From the human T2T-CHM13v2.0 reference genome, Homo sapiens: DNA of 64,000 nucleotides. Below, piece by piece: positions 42,826 to 60,711 of this stretch. The notes under the pieces are model-generated. The model worked only from the letters and a program-made list of their open reading frames with translations. It did not search any database and was not told where the DNA came from. Each line of letters begins with the position of its first letter. Within the stretch, counting starts at the first letter, position 1. The position numbers were made by a program, and so were the translations under genes. The stretch is taken from the NCBI RefSeq assembly GCF_009914755.1, contig NC_060941.1; one strand, 5' to 3'.

Positions 42826-44539
42826 AAATATTTTTTTAAAGTCATTTTCCTTAAGCTGCTTGGGCTACATGTGAAATACACTGGACGGTCAACATTCCTG
42901 TCTCCTCCCATTTGGGCTGATGCAGCAGATCCAGGGAATGTTACCTGTTTCTGCTGCTAGAAGATCCAGGAAATTGGGAAGGTTACCTGACGCACACATG
43001 GATGAAGGCCATCATCTAGAAATGGGGTCAACCACAATTGTGTTAATTCCGTAGTGTCAGGGATTCTTCGGGAAGGTCAACAGTATGAAGGATTCTGACC
43101 CCTGTGCCTCCCATTTATGTGATCAGGTGACAGTTAATAACCGTGGAGGTCACACTCAGCCATCCAACAGCCTTACAGTGACCCTACACAAAAGCCCCCA
43201 AATTCCAAAGACTTTTTCTTAACCTAAAGGAAGAAATTATTTGTTAATTCCAGTAGAGCAACTGAATATACTGGGCTATTTGTACTTTTTTATAGAGAAC
43301 TTTAATAATAATTCTTTAAAAATGAGTTTTTAGAACAAAGCAACTGACGATTTCCTAAGATTCCAATGCCCTGGAGCTTGTAGGAGGACTTAGCCTGGGT
43401 CAGCTGGAGCACCCCCGACCTGATCTCCCACTGCCAGATTTTCCCATGCTCCTAGGGTATGGAGTCCACGTGGGAATGACTGCAAGTTCAGGTGGAACTT
43501 GGCCGACTGATGCTCTGCGAGTTTTTAATAGACACTGGGGACAACTGCTTAAGGTTTAGAAACTTCCAAACCACAGGAAAGACATTTTTAGTGTCCCCCA
43601 TCCAGAGGCAGCCCTGGAATAGGATTCCCAGGGGTTTCTGGGACCCCTTTCCTTGCTCCGTGAGGCTCTGTGGCCATCTTTTGGCAGGAGGAGGATGCTT
43701 CCTTGGCTCTGTGCCCAGACCCGCCTGGTCCCCAGGTCTCTCACCTTGGGTGAAGATTCAGAGATGCCCTGTAAGGATTTTGCCCACTGGGCAACTCAGA
43801 AATACTTCGATCTCCCAAGATATAAGAGGCAGCAGCAAACGTGCCTATTGACGTCTGTTTCATAGTTACCACTTACGCGAGTAGACAGAACTCGGCTTTT
43901 CAGAAAATAGGTGTCAAGTCCACTTTATAAGAACCTTTTTTTCTAAAATAAGATAAAAGGTGGCTTTGCATTTTCTGATTAAACGACTGTGTCTTTGTCA
44001 CCTCTGCTTAACTTTAGGAGTATCCATTCCTGTGATTGTAGACTTTTGTTGATATTCTTCCTGGAAGAATATCATTCTTTTCTTGAAGGGTTGGTTTACT
44101 AGAATATTCAAAATCAATCATGAAGGCAGTTACTATTTTGAGTCTAAAGGTTTTCTAAAAATTAACCTCACATCCCTTCTGTTAGGGTCTTTCAGAATAT
44201 CTTTTATAAACAGAAGCATTTGAAGTCATTGCTTTTGCTACATGATTTGTGTGTGTGAAGGACATACCACGTTTAAATCATTAATTGAAAAACATCATAT
44301 AAGCCCCAACTTTGTTTGGAGGAAGAGACGGAGGTTGAGGTTTTTCCTTCTGTATAAGCACCTACTGACAAAATGTAGAGGCCATTCAACCGTCAAACAC
44401 CATTTGGTTATATCGCAGAGGAGACGGATGTGTAAATTACTGCATTGCTTTTTTTTTCAGTTTGTATAACCTCTAATCTCCGTTTGCATGATACGCTTTG
44501 TTAGAAACATTAATTGTAGTTTGGAAGCAAGTGTGTATG

Positions 44540-44575
44540 AATAAAGATAATGATCATTCCTTTGTGTAGTTGGCC
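44540..44575 (+). terminator. PRKCA: Distal polyadenylation signal with GU-rich downstream element
   Basis: AATAAA at 44540-44545, several upstream TGTA (CFIm) motifs in 44430-44540, downstream tttgtgtagttgg. Confidence 0.85.
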
Positions 44576-44713
44576 TTATTTACATCCCTTTGCGGTATGG
44601 CAATTATTTTTCCTCCAGTGTTCAAAAAATAGCATTTGACTTCAGACACACTCCGCAGAACACTTTCATCTCTTCACCTGTTTTTCAGGCATGACCCTCC
44701 ATTTATAGTGGCA

Positions 44714-44744
<31 letters not shown>

Positions 44745-45252
44745 AAAAAATATATCTTGCTTTGAATCAAAGCCCAGACAGTGACTGGGATGGCGTTCTG
44801 GCAGGTCCTGCGTTCATTCATTCATGCACTGTTCACAGAGCCCCTGCTTAGGGCCAGGAGTTGTGTCAGGCCCTGGAGAAGAAGAGGCTGGCATGGCCCC
44901 TGCCTGCACGGAGCTTACAGTCTTGTGCCCCAAACTGCAAGGGATGCCCAGCAACTGATGACATCATCTAAGGCTGGATGGTGCCCTTCCCCTGGAAGGA
45001 ACGATTCCAGAATGAATTCTGCTCAAGTCTGGAGATGTTTTCTCCAAAAATAGGTATTTTTCACACATCCCGTTGGCCACACTGTGGATGCAGCTTCAGG
45101 ACCGTCCCCACTCTGAGTGTCAGCCGCCTCGTTCTGCATTTATTCACGGTTGAAAAATTGGGGGAAATGTTCAAATGTGGAACATTCAAAAATACCCAGC
45201 ACTTAACAACTCAACGCAATAGAGGGAATTGTCCTCAAAAAGAATTAAAACA

Positions 45253-45412
45253 GGCTGGGTATGGTGGCTGATGCCCATAATCCCAGCACTTTGGGAGGCC
45301 AAGGTGGGAGGATCACTTGAGGCCGGGAGGTCAATGCTGCAGTGAGCTACGATTGCACCACTGCACTGTAGCCTGGGTGACAGAAGGAGACCTTGTCTCT
45401 TAAAAAAAAAAA
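45253..45412 (+). mobile_element. Alu monomer (FRAM/FAM-like)
   Basis: Single sense arm with A-tail. Confidence 0.85.
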
Positions 45413-46314
45413 TCAACAACAAACACCAAAGCCAAGATCCAACCTTGGTAAAGTCAATCTTTGCTGATTTCCTCACCTCCTTTTGGGGAATGCTCTCCCC
45501 TCGTGCTCATGGCTTCAACCCACTGCTGCCACCCTCCCTCCCATAGCCCCCTAATCCTGCAGCCGCCCAGCCCAGCCTGTTCCTCCCAGCACACTCTGCA
45601 TCCACACACATGCCTCCCTGCGTTCTCTTCCCTCTGGGCCTTGCTCCCAGCCAGATTACTCGAGTGTCAGCATCCTCTCAGTGGATTTTTCCCTCCCTAA
45701 GATGCCGCGGTCACACTCAACCTCCTGGAAGTGAAGGCTCTTTCAGCTGCCAATGCGAGGGCTGGCGGGGAAGCTATTTTGAAGAAAAACAAAGGGCAAT
45801 TTTCAGGTCTTCAGAGCAATGTGGTCTCTGCCCCACTGGGCTGGCCCTGACCTTCACTCCGGGCTGGTTGACCTCACATACGTGTGTAGCTGTGGCTATT
45901 CGTCACGTTACGTTGCCCAGCAGAGTAGCTTACCATGGCCATTGAGCATGCCCTCTGCTTCCGCCAGTGTGCTGTTTTATTTCATTTTTGCTGCAATGCG
46001 GAATGAAGCAGAGTGGGCCACCAAGCAGCATCCTCACAGGCAGCTGGTGACCCGAGGAACTGAGTAGCTCCACCCAAGTTTACCCCTGCAGGGAGGTCTC
46101 GGGTGTATCCAATATGGCTGGTCCTCCCGGCCCCACAGAGGCAGCAGGGACAACCTGAGCACCAGGCAGTGGACAATTGCTCTTCCAGGGGCACTGTGCG
46201 CCACCCAAAGTGGATGCTCAAAAACGAGTCCTTCTGTCCAGTACTGGCCTCCCTGTCACATGCCCACCATGCCCATCAAGTTCATGAGCAGGCACTGTTG
46301 GGGCTACTCTAAGT

Positions 46315-46530
46315 CAGGGTTCTCGGCCAGAGGCCATGTAGCCACCCACGGGGCACTTGGCAATGCCTGGAGACTGTTTTGGTTATCATAACTAGAAGGA
46401 AGTTGCATTGGCATCGAGTGGGTAGAGGCCAGGGGCGCTGCTAAGCATCCTGCCATGCACAGGATACCCCCAGCCCTCAACAAGGTGTCATCCCACCCAA
46501 ATGTCGGCGCTGCTGCTGTTACAAACCCTA
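46315..46530 (-). mobile_element. MER20 MITE
   Basis: ggcaatgcctggagactgttttggttatcataact...ggcatcgagtgggtagaggccaggg...gctaagcatcct. Confidence 0.75.
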
Positions 46531-46759
46531 TTCTAAAACACACTCCGAGTTCCCCTTCTCTCCATCTCCCCTGTTCTTTCTCTCTGGCCTCCTTGACCCT
46601 CATGGCCCTCTCTGCTCAGCAGCCAGCAGGACCTTGCCTGAGCAGGCCCCTTCCCTGTTGAAAGCCCTCTGTGGCTCCCATCACCCAGCCTTCCTCATGG
46701 CCTTTCATCCTCACATGCCCAGCTCTGGGACCAAGGATTCAATGGTTGGGGAGAGTGAG

Positions 46760-46774
46760 TTCTCTCTCTCTCTG

Positions 46775-46824
<50 letters not shown>

Positions 46825-46832
46825 TGTGTGTA
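46760..46832. repeat. Compound (TC)n(TG)n microsatellite
   Basis: Directly visible. Confidence 0.95.
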
Positions 46833-47634
46833 TACGCACACCCTTTCCCATGAGAATAGAAGCTCTAAGAGGAGCCGGCTTGTCCATCCTGTTTGCTGCT
46901 ACATCCCAGTGCCTAGAGCAGAGCCTGGTAGATAATAGGAGCTCAAAATGTTCATTGAATGACTGAGTCAATTAATCGTTCCCAAAACTGCTCTGAGCCT
47001 AGCAACGTGTTCCAGACACCCTTACTGGGCCATGGGATTTGCCCTGGAGGTGTTCACACACTAATGAAGTAGATAAGATATACAAAAAAGAACTAATTAA
47101 AGATCATCTCTCAAACTCATGATGAGCTTCAGCCTAGGAAACACCAGTTCTCAACCTCTGTCCTTCAGCCCAGAATCTAGAGGCGATGGCTGCCTATGGT
47201 TACACTTGAGTGATTATTTAACTCCCTGAGCTTCCCCCCTGCCCCTGGCTTATTGTGTGCTCTGGGGATGAAATTATGGTTCAGCTAAAATGCTAATGCA
47301 CACGGGCAAAGGCCAAGGCCATCTATTTTCACACTCTGTCCCCATCCTGGGAGTGCACATCACAGAGAGCAGGGCATTGCCTGCAGGGAGTGGGTGAGAA
47401 GTGCTTTTGGCTCTAAGAAAGCAGAACTGGATGTCTCCCCAAGATTCTTTTTTTAACAAAGCTAATTCAATAAATACATTGCAAAGAGGCCTATTCTAGC
47501 CATAAGGGGAGAAACTGGAAAATGGTTCTAGGGAAATGAAAGAGCTAGTGGTGGGCTCAGGGACTCAACAGACAGGTGGAAATGGCACAAACCAAAAGTC
47601 TAAAGGGGGCTGTAAATGGGAACGCGCAAACTGT

Positions 47635-47750
47635 GCACGCACACACACACGAACACACATGCATACAGAGATGCACACACACACATGCACACAGACACGC
47701 AAACACACGCATGCACACAGACACATGTGCACACACAGAGGCACACACAC
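47635..47750. repeat. Degenerate CA-rich microsatellite
   Basis: Directly visible. Confidence 0.85.
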
Positions 47751-49012
47751 TGATTGATTACCAGAAGTGTACCAGGCACTCTTCTAAGTTCTTTATGTGC
47801 ATTTATTTCAATCCCACAATGACAGCCCCTGCCCCCAGATAGGTGCTGTTTACTGTGCCCATTTTACAGAAGAAGAAAGGGAATTCCAGGGAACTTAAAT
47901 AACAACACATAGGTGAACAACACCAGACAAATGGAGCCAACCGAAAGAGCAGAGATGTGAGCACGCCAGATGCCTTCCTGGGGGAGGAGGCAGGGAGGCT
48001 GAGGTCTGATGGAAAGGCTGGAAAGGAGAGGTCCCAAACAAGCAGACACCAGCACGCAGGGAGGAGGGGAAGGGCTGGCATGCGCGCAGTGCCTAGCTTG
48101 TCATCTGAACACACCCATCTCATTTAATCCTCATGACACCTCCATGGGCTGGAGGCCATTGTTCACATCTCACAGATGGAGAAACTGAACCCCAAAGTAA
48201 TTAACCAGCTTCCAGATACGCAACTCCTAAGCAGCACAGCCAGGCTGGGCACTGAGTCTGATCTTCCTAGCCTTGTCCCATGAGAGGGTCAGATGTAGCA
48301 TTGGGTAGGGAGCTTCAGGGCCAGACCCTGTTGGGGAACTTCTCCCCCCACTGTGGTTTCATTCAAAGTCCATCCTATTACCAAGGGGGATGTTCCTTGC
48401 CCTTAGCTGACTCTGATGCCTATGAGACTAGATGCCCTCCTGGAACTGTTTCCAGAAGGCTTTCTTCCACCATCACCCTCCTTCTCTCGACATTTTTTTT
48501 TTTTTTTGGAGCTGTCTGGGCGTGGGAGGAGAGAGAAAAATAGCATCACAGTTCTCAGAACACAGCAGGTGCCTCTGCAGCCGCCCTCACCTGACTGACT
48601 TGCCTGGAAGGCCCAGGAGGAAGGAGGAAGCGGGCAGGAACGGCTGGTGGGCCCCAGGCTCCCCCTCCCACCACAGGACAGCCCTACATTGAGACCCCAG
48701 CTCCACCTACCCCAGGAGTCAAAAACAATCCAAGGCAAGCATCATCCAGTGAGCAGAACAACTTGTGAGAAATCACTGATTTCTTGGGGGCACTGGGCAG
48801 CCCGGGGAGGAAAGGTTGGGCTTGGTTAGGTCAGAATACTGTGGGAATGCTTCTGGGTTTTTGGAAAATTTACAAAAAATAACACCTGCTTATTGTAGCT
48901 AATACAGATGAGGAAAAGAAAATCCCAACTTCCCAAGATGGTTAAACTTTTTGATTCCTTGCTAACTTTATTTATTATTCATCATCTTGTTATCTTTTCA
49001 AGACTGTACCAT

Positions 49013-49377
49013 GGTATTAGCCTGTTTTCACGCTGCTGATAGAGACATACACGAGACTGAGTAATTTACAAAGAAAAAGAGGTTTAATGGACTCACAGTT
49101 CCACGTGGCTGGGGGTGGGGTGCTCACAATCATGATAGAAGGCGAAAGGCATGTCTTACATGACGGCAGACAAGAGAGAATGAGAATCAACTGAAAGGGG
49201 TAACCTTGATAAAACCATCAGATCTCACGAGACTTATTCACTGCCACGAGAATAGTATGGGGGAAACCGCCTCCATGATTCTATTATCTCCCACTGAGTC
49301 CCTCCCACAACACATGGGAATTATGGGAGCTACAATTCAAGATGAGATTTGGGTGGGGACACAGACAAACCATATCA
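49013..49377 (-). mobile_element. THE1B/C-type solo LTR
   Basis: tattagcctgttttcacgctgctgat...gagatttgggtggggacacag...aaccatatca. Confidence 0.9.
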
Positions 49378-49466
49378 ACCTCAAAGCCCTCTTATGAGAC
49401 TCCACTGGGCCTTGACATTGGTCACTGAAAGCTAGGATCACAGATGTTAACACACACATCCTTTAA

Positions 49467-49775
<309 letters not shown>

Positions 49776-50335
49776 TTTATTGTAACTTAAAAGCCAATAA
49801 ATGCATGACCATTCAGTAAGGGTGGGGACTTCTCTCTGAGCAGGGAATTTCTTTCTTGCATTAACTATACCCATAATACTTGTCTTACAGTTTCCAATTA
49901 GGGTTTATTCGAAGAGAAGCCAGATATTCACAAAGAAAGCTGAATGCAAAGTCCATTTAGATTGTTGCAATATTTCTTAATCTTTTACAGTTGCCTTGCC
50001 CACAACTGTCTCTGTAGCTGTTTTTAAAAACTCGTTATTCTTTTTCTTAAACATTCCATTTTGTGTTCACTGAAACAACTCTATGCTTTGCACTTGTATT
50101 TCATTGGTTTATGTGGAATTTGATTAATTACTTAACTACAAAGCAACGTAGCAGACATTCAATGTTTTGGGAATGAAATTGACATTTTCTTACTAATTCC
50201 CCTATTGTTGGAATTTTAGGTTTTCCTGGTTTTTAAATTATTTTGAAAACTCATTGTTGAACACCTTTGTTCCCAAAATTTTGAATGCATTTTAGATTAT
50301 ATCTTCCACTGGATTCCTGGAAATACAATAGCTGA

Positions 50336-50625
<290 letters not shown>

Positions 50626-50687
50626 AATAGCTGAACATTTTTTAGACTCTTGGTACTTCTTATTTCCTGTTTTTCTTCTTGAACCCT

Positions 50688-50998
50688 GTTTTCTTTTCTT
50701 TTCTTTTTTTTTTAGATGAAGTCTCTCTCTGTCACCCAGGCTGGAGTGCAGTGATGCAGTCTCAGCTCACTGAAGCCTTCGTCTCCTGGGTTTAAACAAT
50801 CCTTCTGTCCCAGCCTTCCAAGTAGCTGGGACTACAGGCATGCACCACCACGCCTGGCTAATTTTTGTCTTTTTCTGGTAGAGTCAAGATTTCATCATGT
50901 TGGCCAGAGGCTGGTCTCAAACTCCTGACTTCAAGTGATCTGCCTGCCTCGGCCTCCCAAAGTGCTGGGATTACAGGCATGAGCCACCACACCTGGCC
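50688..50998 (-). mobile_element. Alu (older J/S-type)
   Basis: Antisense Alu consensus. Confidence 0.9.
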
Positions 50999-51295
50999 AA
51001 AGCCTTGTTTTCTATGGTGACATTTTCTTGCTCTCAGATCAAGTAGTAACGAGTGTTTCTTTTCAATGTCATGCTGTTCTTAGTTGGTTTGTTATCAAGT
51101 GCCTTCATTCGGTCAACAAATATTTATGTGAGCTTTAAACTCTGCACCAGGGGTTCAGTGACTACCAGGGCTCATAGCCAGGAGTGTTTTTGATTTTTGC
51201 CTCTTTTTATAGATTTTTAAGTGGCTTTCAAGTAAAAGACTTCAAGTGAATAATGAAATAAGAGTACATCAGGACGAAGGTCAATACAAATATCT

Positions 51296-53572
<2,277 letters not shown>

Positions 53573-54474
53573 CATCCCTTTTCCGCAAGAGTCAACAAAA
53601 TTGCTGTTGTTGATTCTCAAACTTGGCTTTGCATTTTCTAACAGCCAATAAAAGTGGGAACCATGGTCACTTATGTGATTGTCATTACTGGAAAAGAGGA
53701 AGCATATGTGTTCCTTTGGGAAATAAAGCTTTTCCTAGCACTGAATCCAAAAGGAATTTCTTGAGTATAATTTTATTACCTAGAAAAGACACCAAGCAAT
53801 ATCAGAAATGATGTCCTCAACAACATTTTGAAGTTTTGTTGAAACAATAAATGCACTATCAAATTTCATAAAGCCTTTTTTTAGTGTTCTTCGTCAAGTT
53901 TGGGGCATATTAAAATACAACTTCATGAAGGTGACCGACCAAGAAACTCAACCCAAGTCTCCAGGTAAATAACCAATTATCTAGTCCAACTTGGTCCAAA
54001 AAAAGAATTTAGAATTCCTGGAGGAAAAGAACAATGAAATACCATGTTTTTATCTGTTAACTTGGCAGAAAATATGCTTTCTTGAAAGATTAAATCCCAA
54101 TTTTGGCAAGAATTGGGAAAGTCTGCCCTCTCATGCCCTGTGGGTGGGAATATAAATTGGTACGATCTTTTTTAGAGGGCAATTTGGCACTAAGTAACAA
54201 GAGTCTTAAAAATGTGCTTACACACAGCAATTCTGCTTTGGGGGATCTTTTTCCTCTAAAGAAATAACCAAAAATGCACCAAAGACTTAGGTACGAGATG
54301 TTTGTTTTGCTCCGCCTCTTTGGGTGGCAGTAAACACAGATGGACCCAACCAGGGGCTGGCGCTGGAAATCTCTGGAGCCAAGGCAGTTCTGGGCTGGAA
54401 ATCTCTAGAGCCAAGGCAGCTCTGGGAGATGGATTTTTTTTCTCTCACTCATGTAAGCTCCTCAGCCTCTTTCT

Positions 54475-55145
<671 letters not shown>

Positions 55146-56482
55146 TAACCTCCTGGTGCATTTCTTCCTCCCCAGCCTGCATTTTCTCAAAAGGTCAACC
55201 GACCACAACTTCTTCTGGCCCCTCCTTAGCCTCTGATCATGCTTTTCACATCAGCGTCCATTGATGAGTGGGTCTCACCTGGTACTTTTGCCCTGAGAGA
55301 GGGAATCCTATGGCCCGGTGCATGTGTGGGTCCGGCCATGTCATCGGTCACTGACAAGTTGGCTGGATTTACTGTCAGGGGTCAGGCTCCCATGTCTGGT
55401 CCATTCATCTGTGGCGGAGCGGAGCAAGCTGTTTGACACAAAACAGGGCCACCTTGCCCATCCCGTCATCAAAGAGATGAACAAAGGGAGATCCCTTCTG
55501 AGAAGGGCTCTGCTAGGCGGATGCTTTAACTGCTATATCTACTTCACAGGTCATTGGAAAGAGCCTAAATTCTTGCTAATAGAACTCCAGTTTGGGGCTG
55601 ATTTATGATAACCATGCCCTCCCTGGATCCTCCAGGGCCCCAGGGCATGGATGCTCTTGGGCATAAGCCCGTCATGGGAATTCCATTTTCCTTACCAGTG
55701 GCTGGTTTAGACAGAGCCTGTGAGACACAACGAGACCCAAGTGAGAACTCCGAGGAGCCATTCTTGGCCTCCAAAAGTCCTGTGGGAATGAACTGGAGAT
55801 CAGCTCGACATCAAAGAGCTCCCAAGGGTTTCTCAAATAGGAGATAGCATCATTCTGTGTGGTTTCTCCAGAGGGCCTTACTCAGGGAATATTGGACAGA
55901 AAACCGCTGCTGTGGCATGAGCAGTTTATAGCAAAACAAAACAGAACAAAAACCAGTAACTATGGAGAGAAGACAAACGGCCAGAGAGGAGATGCCGGGA
56001 AATTTTATTAGACTAAAAAAATGCAGTGTAATCATTTTGTGAGTTGACTCCAAAGGCCCCACGTGGTTTCTATGCCTGGGAAGGTTCTAATGCCTTCCCC
56101 AGGTACCTGGTACTCGAAGCCTGGTGTCCCCAGGCTTTGCTGCAGTTCCAAAGGAACAGAACACTGTCCCCTCGTCCAGCAGCGTTAGCCCACCCAGGGA
56201 GTGGACATCGTCCTCACCTATCAGTGGGGTGACTATATAACTAACTGTTATATATATAACTATATTCCAAACCAGGACAGGTGTGAAAGTACAAGAGAGA
56301 GCCATTAACTCTCCCGGGGTCATGGTCATGAGCCAGGACCACCCAAAGCAGCTGTAGGGTCACCCAGCAAGCTGCCTCACTGCTTCTGGTAAGAGCCCTG
56401 CCACCTGCGCCCAACCTCCCCTCACCTTTTGGGAGATGCCCATCCCCTTCTCTAAGCTTGTGACTCTGATATCATATCTATT

Positions 56483-56680
56483 TCAGGGCCTCTCAACCTC
56501 GACATTGCTGACATTTGAGGCTGCATTATTCTTTATTGTGAGGGGCTGTCCCATGCCTTGTAGAATACTTAACAGCATCCCTGGCCTCTACCCACTAGAT
56601 GCCAGTGATAATTCTTCCCACAGTGCCTCTGGACATTGGGCAAATGTCCCCTGGGGAGCAAATAGCTCTAATCCCATCCT
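56483..56680 (+). mobile_element. MER20 MITE
   Basis: ctctcaacctc..acattgctgacattt...agcatccctggcctctacccactagatgccag...caaatgtcccctgggg. Confidence 0.8.
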
Positions 56681-57630
56681 TCTGGCCCAGGTGTGCCTCT
56701 GGGTTAAAGCTTCCCTGGACAGTTAATGGCTTTCTAATCTTGGGGCCTAGAGAGACTGAGTCACAAGGCAGGGCAGGAGGCCACCTATGAGAATGGGCAA
56801 AATGGGGCTGTGGAGAACCCCTCAAGAAGGGGGAGAAATATGTTCTTTTTTTCCCCAAGGTTGTTTCTAGAATCCCTGCTATGACATGCAGGGGCTGGTG
56901 TCTCCATAGGAGACCATCCAAGCCTCCCAACCAAATGACCTCCATGCCCCTGGAGAACCAAGCGGGGGTACAGTCCAGAAACATGTTGCACCTGCAGTGG
57001 GAAGATTGTAGCTGGGTCACCCCCACCCCACTGGGACATGCCAGGCACATTGAATGAATGAATTCCAGTTTAGTCTTAAACTCACTGATGGACTCTGTGT
57101 GAGTGCATTTAATTTCTCTGATTTTTAATTTGCTCACTGGAACAACAAAGAAAAGATTGCTGATCTGCCTTACATGGGTGCAGGGTGAAATGACCTCCTC
57201 CAGCCCATTCTCTCAGAGGCCATTTAGGAGATCCAGAAGCATCTATTGGCGGATGGCCACTGCTGGTTACTGCGGGGTCTTTGTAAGGAAAGTGAGGCCT
57301 GGAGGGAGAGGGCCACTCCATGAGTACAATAGGGACTAACCTGCTGTTTCACCAGGAGCATGGTAAGAGTAGCAAGTCTCAGTCCTCATGTGACACCAGA
57401 CCATAATGTCCTTGGAAGAAAATTAGGACTTGGTGGAGTGAGACACTTTGCTCTTAAGTAACTAAAAAAGGGGTGAGGGTCTGTGTCTTTCACTAGCAGG
57501 GAAATTCGTCAGGATTCAGAGCCAGGGGAGATGTTTTCCCATATCAATAGGGCCATACCCCCATGCCCGCTTGCTTTGAAGCCAGCAGATAGATGTGTAG
57601 GCAGAAAAAAGTCTCAGTTAACATCTAGCC

Positions 57631-58160
57631 CAGTGGTTTTCACCCACTGGTAACTCTGGCAATTACCAACCTTGGCAACATCTGGAGATATTTTTGGTTG
57701 TCACAGTTGGGAAAGGGGTACTACTGGTATCTAGAGGGACAGGGGCCAGAGAGGCTGCTAGCCATCCTGCAGTGAACAGGGCAGCACCACGACCCCCATC
57801 CTGTCCCGCCCCCATCAATGATACATCAATAGTTTTAAGGTTGAGCTGGGTGTGGCTCATGCCTGTAATCCCAGCACTTTGAGAGACTGAGGCAGGCAGA
57901 TTGCTTGAGGCCAGGAGCTTGAGACCAGCCTGGGCAACATGGTGAAACCCCATCTCTACTAAAAATACAAAAAAATTAGCTGGGTGTGGTGATGCATGCC
58001 TGTAGTCCCAGCTACTCAAGAGGCTGAGGTGGGAAAATCACCTGAGCCCAGGGGGTCAAGGCTGCAGTGAGCCAAGATTGTGTTGCTGCACTCTAGCCTG
58101 AGTGTCAGAGTGAAACCTTGTCAAAAAAAAAAAAAAAATGTCTTGAGGTTGAGAAACCAT
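57631..58160 (-). mobile_element. MER20 interrupted by a sense Alu (57844-58138)
   Basis: cagtggtttt...ggagatatttttggttgtcac...[Alu]...gaggttgagaaacc. Confidence 0.75.
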
Positions 58161-59394
58161 GATAAGACTGGGACACTAGGGTTTGTCCTCCATCCCCGGG
58201 AATCCCATGGGGAAAGCTGGGGGTCTCCACCCTCCCCCCACCCATGGGAATAGAGGCAGGGGTTAGAGGTCGTATCTCCCGCTCCTCTGAGGTTGTCTTG
58301 AGCCATCAGTGGAAGAATTGCTTGACCCCATTGCAGAGTCCAGCACTCATGAGGTCTAGGGAAGACACCGAATGGTCCTGACCCAGGCCAGGAACTTTTG
58401 ACTATGGCCACAGGGGCTGGCACTGGGCAATGCCTACAGACTCACAGAAGACACCTGACCAGGTGAGATCTAAGCTAGTATCCCCCATCCTCCCTTTCTG
58501 GGTAGGGTGGCACCTCCCTTCTTCCCCCCGGGGGGGCCACAGAGGGGCCCCAGCATGCCCAGGTGACTCATTACCAGGTTCATCAACAGCACCCAGAAAA
58601 CGTTCTTCCTTTACTATTCCCTCCCTGCATCTCCTGTGATTACACACTACCAACACCTGCTCCCAGGACGGAGCCTGGCACTTTAGCAGACAACTGTGAA
58701 TGATCTAGAAACACGACCCTCCCCGCAGGGATTTAGAATTGGATATGCACTAAAACTCAAATTATAACAGGAATCATTTGCTACTTTGGGCCAGGCCTTG
58801 TGCTGCACACTTTGAATACAGCATCTCCCTCCTTCTCTCAATAGCCTCTCAAGGTGGGTATTATAAGCATTATGCCCACTTTTCAAATGATGAGTCCAAA
58901 ACTTACAAGGATTAAGTAACTTACCAAAGGTTCTTGGCTACAGTGGCAGACAAAGATGAGATGCAACCTGAGACCCAGCTGACTCCAAGGCACATGCTCC
59001 TAATCCTTGGTGAGCCTCCGCTGGGACTGCTCCATCAGTGAGTTCCAGGTAGGCAGAGGCGCTGCTTCCCAGTGACTGAAGCTCCTGAACTCATCCCTCT
59101 GGCTGCAAGCAGCCTTGCCCTCTCAACTCGGGGGCCCTCCATAACTGTCATTGTCTTGAACAAGAGCAGGATCACAGCCTGTGCTAAACTTTCTCCTATA
59201 AAAGCAAACTCTGACAGGAAATTTTAGGCACTTCCCAGTAGATGGTGGTGGCTGAGGAGCTGGGAATCTTTTCTACCACACTGTGGGAGCAGAATCTCTG
59301 GTCTTCATAAGTGATGGCTGAGCGATGTGTCAACCTTCATTGAGGCTTCCAGAAGCTAGAGGCTTCCAGATAACTGGAGCCAGGCCCGTTTTCT

Positions 59395-60124
59395 TTTATT
59401 TATGTATGTATTTATTTATTTATTTATTTATTATTATACTTTAAGTTTTAGGGTACATGTGCACAATGTGCAGGTTAGTTACATATGTATACATGTGACA
59501 TGCTGGTGCGCTGCACCCACTAACTCGTCATCTAGCATTAGGTATATCTCCCAATGCTATCCCTCCCCCCTTCCGCCACCCCACAACAGTCCCCAGAGTG
59601 TGATGTTCCCCTTCCTGTGTCCATGTGTTCTCATTGTTCAATTCCCACCTATGAGTGAGAATATGCGGTGTTTGGTTTTTTGTTCTTGCGATAGTTTACT
59701 GAGAATGATGATTTCCAATTTCATCCATGTCCCTACAAAGGACATGAACTCATCATTTTTATGGCTGCATAGTATTCCATGGTGTACATGTGCCACATTT
59801 TCTTAATCCAGTCTATCATTGTTGGACATTTGGGTTGGTTCCAAGTCTTTGCTATTGTGAATAATGCTGCAATAAACATACGTGTGCATGTGTCTTTATA
59901 GCAGCATGATTTATAGTCCTTTGGGTATATGCTCAGTAATGGGATGGCTGGGTCAAATGGTATTTCTAGTTCTAGATCCCTGAGGAATGGCCACACTGAC
60001 TTCCACAATGGTTGAACTAGTTTACAGTCCCACCAACAGTGTAAAAGTGTTCCTATTTCTCCACATCCTCTCCAGCACTTGTTGTTTCCTGACTTTTTAA
60101 TGATTGCCATTCTAACTGGTGTGA
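59395..60124 (-). mobile_element. Young L1PA (L1PA2-like), 5'-truncated, with 14-bp TSD caggcccgttttct
   Basis: ORF 59733..60110 is the ORF2p C-terminus ([18 protein letters not shown]); perfect TSD at 59381-59394 and 60125-60138. Confidence 0.93.
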
Positions 60125-60339
60125 CAGGCCCGTTTTCTAAGAGGCCTATTTGCCGTGCCCAGGTGGAGTCCCACTTCCTATAACCAAGCTCAGATGAATC
60201 CTACATAGCTTTGCTGGTTCCAGAAAGGCAGCTGGAGCCTGTGGCAAAGCAACATTGCTTGGATTTCAGCAGCGGGTGTTTCCTACCTGGGGGCTCACCA
60301 TCCCTTGCCATTTCCTCAGGAGGCTTGCACAAAACCAGT

Positions 60340-60678
60340 GTCATAGGCTCCATACCCACTAGGATGGCTAGAGTCTCAACAACCAACCAAACAAGGAAAA
60401 TAACAAGTATTGATGAGGATGTGCAGACACTGGAACCTTCCTACATAATTGGCGGGATGCAGTCACTATGGTCAACAGCCTTTCCATTCCTCTAAAAGTT
60501 AAACATGGGGCTACCATATGACCTAGCAATTCCACTCCAACATATATACCCAAGAGAAGTACAAACGGGTGTTCAAACAAGTACATGTACACCAATGTTC
60601 CCAGCAGCACTATTCACAATAGCCAAAAGGTGGAACAACTCAAATGTTCATCAGTGTATGAATGGATAAACAAATTGT

Positions 60679-60711
<33 letters not shown>

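Noticed and set aside
59733-60110. 125-aa ORF similar to L1 ORF2p
   Set aside because: C-terminal remnant of a 5'-truncated L1 without promoter, endonuclease or reverse transcriptase; not autonomous.
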